Position numbers and translations under genes: made by a program
Shown here: positions 58,201 to 64,000 of the stretch, piece after piece
Numbering within the stretch: position 1 is the stretch's first letter
Layout: each line of letters starts with the position of its first letter
The notes under the pieces: model-generated
What the model was told of the DNA's origin: nothing
What the model saw: the letters and a program-made list of their open reading frames with translations, nothing else
The model's database searches: none
Assembly (NCBI GenBank): GCA_965203295.1
Contig: CBDBCZ010000015.1
Span: forward strand, 672,001-736,000
Reading direction: 5' to 3'
From: Nitrospirales bacterium
GTDB taxonomy: Bacteria; Nitrospirota; Nitrospiria; Nitrospirales; UBA8639
DNA: 64,000 nt

Positions 58201-61200
58201 TTCTGCAGCTCAGCATAGTTACTATAATTTGTAGTTCTACAGCTGAAGTTAGCTTGGCCTAAGCCGAGTTGTGTACTGTACGGGAAAGGTTCCCAGATGG
58301 TTTTTAGTCATGAAATGTCAGATTAGTTTTACATATGCCTACAAATCATGTGAAGGTTAATAGATCTGCAGGAAGAACATGTGCATGATTTGTGTTAGTC
58401 TTGCTTGCAACACCACAGTCTTTTGCAATCAATATTAAAACATCCCCGAAATCACACGCAACTCCTGCAGATACATGTATGACACACTTCAAAATATAAC
58501 ATCATTTTGACTCCACAATCCTGCGGAGTGCAGAGCAGGGAATGAAGTTAGCTACAGCAGAAAGATCATAGTGCTTCATCATACCTTTTCGTCTTTGAGA
58601 TTAACAACAATTTCCAACAGCCTGTGCGACAACCTCGACAAGGTAGAAATGTAGCACTGAACATTTTGTGGAACCAAAGGCTTTAAGGCCATCAAACCGA
58701 ACCACTCTCTTCTCACAGTTTCAAGCCACTCCTTCTGTATATGAAAAATAATTTGCATCAAACTTTGCCACTGTAACTTCAAAATGGCACGAGAGAGGTA
58801 CATGTAGGCAGTTCCTTAACACAGTAACAGACGCATGCAAAGTTAAAGTTGTGAGTACATTTATTATATACTGCGAAGATAGAGTGTTCATAGTTTAATT
58901 TCCATATCCCAGACGGGTAATATTCTCCTGTACTGCCTACCCGTTTTTGCGTGGCTGGTCGTCATAGTTTCTGAAGAGAACTCAATAATGAAAGCTACCA
59001 GGCTGGTGAAAGAACGCTTCTGTCATATATAGAGCCCTCAAAGTAATCAAGAAATGCAAGGGTATGTCAGGGTATGTCAAAGTGTTAGTCATGACACCTT
59101 CACCAGCCAATGTATGTGATTACTAGGTGCACATACACATGTAGAATGCATGGAGCCTCGTAGTAGCGAGAAACGAGGTCTCTGAGCTGATCGAGGGTGA
59201 AACAGGACGGATTGCGTAACAATTCTTTCGTGAGAAAGCCAGTCATAACAATAACAGTACAGCCAGTCACTCGTGAAAAATGCATTCACGTCACCGCGAG
59301 CCAGTAACCAAAAATAGCTACAATGCAACTGTTGCTGTGACTGCTCTTACAAGGTATGTGCAATACAAATCAGTCACAAATGGTACAGAGAAGCGGAGAG
59401 ACTGGCTGTTCTACTGACGTTCCAGCATCACCTCGATCATGCCGTCCATCTCCAGCTTTCGCATCTGTAGTTATACACAAGCTACACATACCTGGGAGTT
59501 GTAGTAAGCCTCTCTTGATGAAAGTAGACGGCATCCGTCTAACTACTAGTGATGCCATTTCGAGCTGTATATCCCATGACAAGGTCCCGGGGGTAATAGT
59601 GTGACACACATATAAATGGGCTGTCTGTACATCATGATTATTTGTCTCACTACTGCTCAGCAATTATGCTGTAAAGTAGCTCTCCAAGGCAAGTTACCCT
59701 AGCCTTCAATTGCAAGTCTTTTGCCTTTATGTTGATTGTTAGAGAGCTACTTAGTCGTGAAACAGTCACCCTTTATGACAGACGGCATAGCCTTGCTTGA
59801 CTGTATATAGAATTATTGCATGGGGAGCTGTAAGTTGCAACAGAAGAAAATATTGCTTGGAAGGGTATTACAAATCTATCAGCGCACTTATGAGAGGGTA
59901 ACACGGATACAGACATTGCACTTTAATTGTATTTTTCCTCACCTTGTTGCTCAGGGAACAAAGGTGAGGAAAATACACACTAGAGCAATACCTAGCCATA
60001 TCACATGAACTGTAATTTCTGCGATCAGATGCCGTTGCCATCCTTGAATTGTAGCCAAACATCCAGAAGTGCTAAACGACATAGTGGTCAGTCACTGGTC
60101 ACCCTCAATTAGTAGCCACAGCTAAAATTCAAGTACTGCAAGAATAGGCGACAAGATATCCTAACTACAGCTAGAATAAAGACGTAGTATTTATATATGA
60201 AGGCTTTGCTAGCTAACAGTTACCTAGCTAAGGTCTGCAAAGGGAACAGAGCCAGCTCGCAAAATGAAGTCTGGTCCGTGAGATTATTTCAAAAACAGCT
60301 GACTATGTGATGTAATAGCTTCTCGATAGTGTTGAGGCAGAAACGATGATTGAACAAACAGATTGCAACTGCCGTTGTGCATTGCAAACTGCTCTAACTA
60401 ACAAACGCCACCCTTAATTAGCAGCTGCCCTCAAAATTGTGGCCACAGAAATTTGATGAAATAATTAGTAGCTGCGGTATCTGATCACGGAAATATGGTA
60501 CATAATAAATTAATAATTGTATCTATGAAAGAGCAAATAACGGATTGTTATATCAGTTCAGTAATGGTTTCTCAAGCTCCAAAACAGCTAGCATATATTT
60601 ATTAAGTAATAATTGTTGCTGCAGTGGAGCTTGAAAAATCTCCAGTCAGAAGATAACACTGTTTTAACTTTATACTGTCAATACTTGCTCATTTGCCATG
60701 ATAAATGCAACTCAGATGTGATACATGTACATGTACATCCTGAGAAACTGTAATCATTTCACCAATGTGATGGCTAGCACTATTGCACGGTACAAGCAAT
60801 CCCAAATTGCATTCAATCCCATACCCAATACACTCACAGATTGCGAACTTTCTAGAGATCCATCACTGCAAAGAGCATCTGACAAAAGTGAGCATGGAAG
60901 TAGCATCTCAGGAGGCACCCTAGAAAAACAGAAATTATTGGATTTGAAGCATCAGTGTTGGACTTATCCACATAAACTGATAGCTCACAGTCGTTTAGCT
61001 AGGATGCAATGAAGCTATGAAACATTCAGTTGCCACTTACATAATCAGAATGCAAGTGTGTTCCTACACATGTAAGTATATATTTACAATCTACTGCTCT
61101 AGCAAATCTTCACAGAGTGGTGGAGGCTAGCGAATCTTTTATTCATTCTAGAATGAAAATCCTGAACTCCATTGTAACCAATATTCCTGACACTATGAAG

Positions 61201-64000
61201 CTTTGCAAAAATTGAGTATGGGTGAGGGGTTTGTGAGCATATACCATTGAAAGAAAGTGATGCTCAGTGGTTGTTGTTACACCAGCTAAGTAATTCAGTG
61301 ACAACTCTATATTAATGAGATAACACACTTTGAATGCTATAGCACATACACAATAATTAGTAACAACCAACTTGATAGTTTAAGGCGTCAACCAACTAAG
61401 CTTGAATTTTTACATACATAATTGAATTTTTACATACATAATTGAAACTTACTGGGTTTTAATATTGAAACTTACTGGGTTTTAATATTTTCCCTGACTG
61501 GAACAAGTGGCAGGGATGTGATAGCACTGAGGGTAGAACTGCGTCTGCGTACAACTGCAGAAACGTCCTGCAATTTAGTTAACTCTTTCTCAAGTTTGCT
61601 AATCCTCTGTTTCAAAAGTTCATTTTCCTTTCCCATACTAGAAAGGGTTCTCAACCTAGTGCCCCCATCAAGGAAAGGCATTCCATCTTGTACAGCAAGT
61701 GCAATATCAGGCATAGGCGGGGGTGATACAGGTTCATCGCGATCTAGTATTCCACCAAGACTACGTACCTGGTCCTGAAGTTTAAGCACTTGCTTCTGGA
61801 GAGAAGTATTATGCTCATTAAAAATTGAAAGAAGCTGTGACTGTGTTTCTAACTTCACTTGCACCTCCTCTTGCATATCAGCTCGGACTTGACGCCTCAG
61901 CGAATTTACTTCTGCTTCCACTTCTTTTAATTCTTGTTTTAATTGAGAATTTTCTAGTTCATTGTTCTCTTTTGACATTAACTCAGTCAACAACTGATGT
62001 TTATCACCATCTAACCCTTCAATCTTTTGCTCTAATGCCTCAATTTCAAGTCTCTGTTTGTCATTCCATTGACTAAGCACAGAGACTTGCTGATCCAGTC
62101 GTAAGTTTTCTTCTTGTAAGAATCTGTTGGCTTCATTAGAAAAGCTTGGCATTTCTGCTAGTGCCTCTTGCATCATAGTGTACAAAGCTTTATTGTCATG
62201 CTTCAGCTGGGAAGAGTCTAGCAGCATTTTCTCCAGCCTCTGCATTTTAAGCTTCAGAACTTCATGTTCCATCTCTCTTGTTTCAGCTTCATCGAGTTGA
62301 CGCCTTAAACTATCAATCATAGCTTTGCATCCTTCCAGCTCACCAGAAAGTGACATGTAACTCATTCTCTGTTCTTCTTGACTGGACACTTGGTTCTTTT
62401 GTATTTGCTGTTCAGCAGTTTCTTTCACTTTGTGAAATTCCAACAGTAGTTGGGCATGCTCCTTCTGTAATTCACTTAACCTGCACTCTAGGACTTGAAC
62501 CTTTCCCTGGGACTCTTTCAGTAGCTGTTGTGTCTGGATGTCCTTTAGACTGGTTCCTTGTACAGCAAAGTCTGCCTTCATTCCAACTGGTTCTGATTGC
62601 TGCATTGTGTCGGGCTGTTCTGCAAGTTCAGTTGCTAATTTTTCACCATGTTTTACTGCTTTTTCAAGTTCTGATTGAACACGGGTCAGCTCTTCTTGCA
62701 GTTCAGCCATCTCCTGGTGAAGGTGTACATTTGCTTCACTTTCACTTTGTAAGAGTTGGTTCTTCTCTTCAACATCATGTAAGAGTTGCTCAGACTTTTC
62801 CTTGAGGTGCTTCAGCTCTGACTGAAGTGTTTGATATTCTTTCTCCATCACACTCTTGACCACAGAAATTTCATCCTCTTTCTGTTGAAGTGCCCCATGT
62901 AATGTATCGGTCTCAATCTTCATTTTCCTGAGTTCTTCCTCAGCTACCCCTAGATCCGTCTGCAGAAGTTGAACTTGTTTACTTTCAGTATCAGTTGATA
63001 TCTTCAACAGCAAATCCTTTTGTTCTAGTGCTTGGTGGAGCTGCTGAACTTGATTTGAGAGCTCTGCCTTCTCTTTCTGTAATCTCATGAGGTCTAATTG
63101 CAATTTTGTTTCTACTTGTAATTGCAATTCGGTATCTTCCTTCAGTCTATCTCTTTCACTACAGGCTTTCAGGTGCAAGGCTTTGAGATTTAAAAGATCA
63201 GTTTCACCATTCTCACTTGCAGTCTTTAGACAATCTCTCTCAGCTGTAACAGCAGACAGCTTAGTAGCAAGTGCGGAAACTTCTGTTTTTTCTGCCTTCC
63301 ATTTCAGCAACAACTCATCGAACTTCTTCTGTAAAGGTATCTGCTCATCAGAGACTGAACTAGAGCCAATCCCAGAGGTCGAGGATAGGGCCACTGGTGT
63401 GCACTCTGCCTCCCTGACCTCCAACTGAGCCTTTGCTAAGGAACACTGCTTTCTGAAAATTTCTGTTTCTGCTTGTGCCTTTTCCAATTGCTCATGAAGT
63501 ATTGCACACTGCCCTTGATAATCCTTCAGCAGCTGCACTGAGCTTGCAAGCTCCTTTGCAAGCGAACGGAGTTTATCTCGGCTTCCTTTGAGTTTCTTAT
63601 CCACCTTATGCTTTTCTTCTTTCAAAATCTTGAAGTCCCCTGCTAAAGTGCTGTGGTCTTGCAGTTTCTCTTCCATTTGCCTGCAAGCTTGCTGCATCTG
63701 ACGACAGTGTTGATACTCACTTTTCAATTGAGCTAGTTGCGATCTGAGATCCTCATTTTCAACTGCCAGAGCTGAGTGACTAGTACTGGTATTCACAGCA
63801 GTGTCAAATCGACTCTCAAGTGTGGCTATCTTTTCTCGAGCCATTTTAAGTTTACATTGTGCATCTTCCAACTCTTTGTCCAAATCTGATGTACTTCTTT
63901 CTTCAAGTTTTCTATTGAGTTCATCTACTCTCTTTTCAACCTCTTCTCGGTCAGCAAGTAGAATCTGCACTAAATTTCGGGACTGCTCACTGTGCACTTT
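49178..64000 (-). CDS. KANK: KANK-like protein (long coiled coil plus C-terminal ankyrin repeats); 5' part beyond window end
   Basis: 8 phase-consistent exons. C-terminus follows the KANK pattern: EML..C.LL / EWF..V..YI..L..VVNLKD / GNTALHYAV / AGYTPLML / QTPLMLA / DGSTALM / DGCTAFDIA..GH.EI. KN motif not in window. Confidence 0.8.
49641..49739 (-). CDS. KANK: Ankyrin-repeat exon (DGSTALMFACQNGYRDIVKRLL..KDN)
   Basis: 99 nt, cag/gtaag. Confidence 0.92.
50830..50938. repeat. ~110-bp imperfect palindrome
   Basis: GTTAGTGCACCC..GGGCTC..CATTATTGACC mirrored on the other arm. Confidence 0.8.
51031..51129 (-). CDS. KANK: Ankyrin-repeat exon (NQQTPLMLASSSG..GADVNTTDK)
   Basis: 99 nt, tag/gtaat. 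Confidence 0.92.
51444..55803 (+). mobile_element. Full-length young non-LTR retrotransposon (APE-RT LINE, tentatively Proto2-like), antisense in a KANK-like intron
   Basis: Intact long ORF, short 3' UTR, (TAA)n tail 55785-55802, candidate TSD ATAATATAG at 51435-51443 and 55799-55807 (overlaps tail). Clade call is from motif recall only. Confidence 0.92.
51813..55724 (+). CDS. LINE polyprotein: ORF1-like region + AP endonuclease + reverse transcriptase in one frame
   Basis: First ATG 51813 (track opens at GTG 51735). ORF1-like RRSNVILFG..RLGK..RPRPILVKL..PDLS; APE SFNCKG, VQEHW, GDWN, LDH, SDH; RT NYRGIAL, QFGF, DASKAFD, GVRQGGVLSP, YADN, LG. Confidence 0.92.
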   Translation: MMINNGVLAYIKAFRQRADSESIRSQVLGKYIASVIRSAKICLWENCNDDLIRLKLEMKVRRSSSSRPQELADLDDVLEAFDVLDSDNCLPEIICSADDLLQMPQLLPLRSAERVAEEMRSLHNEVSSRLDAIDKRLQQFPSDSSAVGKSRASTNVGASTGVGAVASAVGSSQKFSADPLERRSNVILFGVSEDKDFAVVSDVLKAAAGAPVPIKDMFRLGKKPQQSQLSGLQSDLATADESPSSGGSSPAFRSARPRPILVKLSCPWDRRVILAGKTKLLTIESMKTYFLQPDLSPEERQKRRAEYLARKDQRNGYLLEMSDASSARVEELSFVSFNCKGFSNGLSFLPVLLDSFDVVLVQEHWLSVPELHRLSFDGFISFAISGFDNSVILRGRPFGGCAILYRQSLVSSFKQVATSSNRFCAVKIVLENRCCLIINVYLPTDYRSTAATDQLVDTLGELCGFISTVPHDFLIIAGDWNTDFSRSCSFTDTVLSFLHDLDLSLVDLSYSDDVQFTYLGHDGSKSWLDHVAVSTPLRSVVSSVHTLLDGRNLSDHNPLAFSLNLSVVTVDCPPAAFELNACAWSKATPENICQYQSAVLQSLDKLSSCLVDEVVFCCNPSCTVHRQLLEEVSDKLVKCLQQAAKSSIPPRGPGRRRKVAGWSEFVKPELAASQWWYKLWLEAGSPSAGVLFQLKKRAHRRYKYAVRRVRRRAEHIKCDRLAEAMLNDPNRGFWSEACRFFSKRSVSSAPVVDGVSGVDDIARLWGDRFKELYNTADDSISSELLLSLDSSTTLADIEQISVSFQTVQEAIGKLKRGKSDGGPLVSDHIVEAPVPICHFLARLFTSVLRHGFMPAAFRDATIQPIPKGSKDPSVSSNYRGIALASSLSKVLEWSILLSWSQFFTTSDLQFGFKSGFSTTLCTGVLKAVINRYLNGGSKVYACLIDASKAFDLVDHGILFNKLLDRNMPKPLVRFLLRWYKTQHLRIRWQGKSSGCFQVSNGVRQGGVLSPILFTIYVDSLLESLRACGRGCYWEDHFSGVLCYADNLTILAPCPGALRKMLTHCEEFTESHGIRFNASKTQLICFRRTSQPDRSCFWFCGQFLPVVDSVLHLGNTLHFDLSDKLDVQRKLMAFIRQANSVLYCFRATDPLTKMRLFHAYCLSLYGCSLWRLNCPALRSLGVAFNQVIRRIWHLPRNCHTAIVHSVGLISSIFNIVFARFSKFFSSAVLHSSPLVRSVFVVSSQSCNSNFIGYNVLFGSRHCKSYSSHDVAMGQLIREIRSTHHHIPNFDPPELNAIILSVCTS
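56431..56544 (-). CDS. KANK: Ankyrin-repeat exon (AGYTPLMLTAA..GNVNAMVQQ)
   Basis: 114 nt, cag/gttag. Confidence 0.9.
57071..57110 (-). ncRNA. Minimal type I hammerhead-ribozyme-like motif (Penelope-type), probably decayed
   Basis: GCA-CTGATGA-A-GATC-CTCG-GATT-GAAA-CGTT-TGG; stem I imperfect. Confidence 0.5.
57402..57500 (-). CDS. KANK: Ankyrin-repeat exon (GNTALHYAVADGNFEVV..ANR)
   Basis: 99 nt, tag/gtagg. Confidence 0.9.
57523..57601 (-). pseudogene. tRNA-like sequence (loop CTATAGTAT) in cassette 57521-57725
   Basis: Anticodon stem TCTGA/TCAGA intact; upstream flank nearly identical to 1457-1579. Confidence 0.7.
57868..58320 (+). mobile_element. Dispersed repeat family C (HINE-like); copies at about 21682-22090 and 55985-56105
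   Basis: Shared sequence by eye; 5' ACCAGC..GCTGGT palindrome followed by (TTTG)n. Confidence 0.6.
58585..58734 (-). CDS. KANK: KANK-like exon (KEWLETVRREWF..LLEIVVNLKDEK)
   Basis: KANK pre-ankyrin EWF block; cag/gtatg. Confidence 0.85.
60010..60498. mobile_element. Diverged pogo-type MITE
   Basis: Imperfect ~30-bp TIR with GATCAGAT core; right end ATGG-TA. Confidence 0.5.
60838..60919 (-). CDS. KANK: KANK-like exon (VPPEMLLPCSLLSDALCSDGSLESSQS)
   Basis: tag/gtgag; phase 2-0. Confidence 0.8.
61402..61486. repeat. Adjacent perfect tandem duplications (20 bp x2, 23 bp x2) spanning the large-exon donor
   Basis: TTGAATTTTTACATACATAA x2; ATTGAAACTTACTGGGTTTTAAT x2. Confidence 0.95.
61476..64000 (-). 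CDS. KANK: KANK-like large coiled-coil exon (>2.5 kb, open at window edge)
   Basis: 841-codon E/K/L/Q-rich ORF; donor CA/gtaag at 61475; phase 2 fits next exon. Confidence 0.88.

Noticed and set aside
59340..59760. Possible extra exons or helicase remnant in a KANK-like intron
   Set aside because: Stops in the candidate frame, no convincing motif, and the flanking exons already join in phase.

Overview
Intron-rich animal genomic DNA, probably from a non-bilaterian such as a demosponge (inferred from repeat content and gene style, not proven). Two spliced genes lie in tandem on the minus strand. (1) A KH-domain DEAD-box helicase, DDX43/DDX53-like: 21 coding exons reconstructed by hand from ATG 47964 down to 542, all GT-AG and phase-consistent, running off the window start. 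(2) The 3' part of a KANK-like gene: one >2.5 kb coiled-coil exon plus 7 exons forming the ankyrin region, ending near 49178. The introns are a mosaic of mobile DNA. This includes a young, apparently full-length 4.36 kb LINE (Proto2-like, ORF1 and ORF2 in one open frame, RT motif YADN, (TAA)n tail, 9-bp TSD), decayed LINE, pogo, hAT and Academ coding remnants, TA-, TTAA- and 9-bp-TSD MITEs, and several Helitron/Helentron-like non-autonomous families. The most unusual signals are: a four-copy cassette carrying a tRNA-Thr-like sequence with its own upstream TATA and downstream T-run; repeated head-to-head inverted pairs of rolling-circle-type elements; 17-36 bp CATAG..CTATG insertions with 7-bp TSDs that resemble P-element excision footprints; a MITE carrying a HIRAN-like frame; and a minimal hammerhead-ribozyme-like motif. 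Most short ORFs in the track are spurious. All family assignments come from motif recognition by eye, without database searches.
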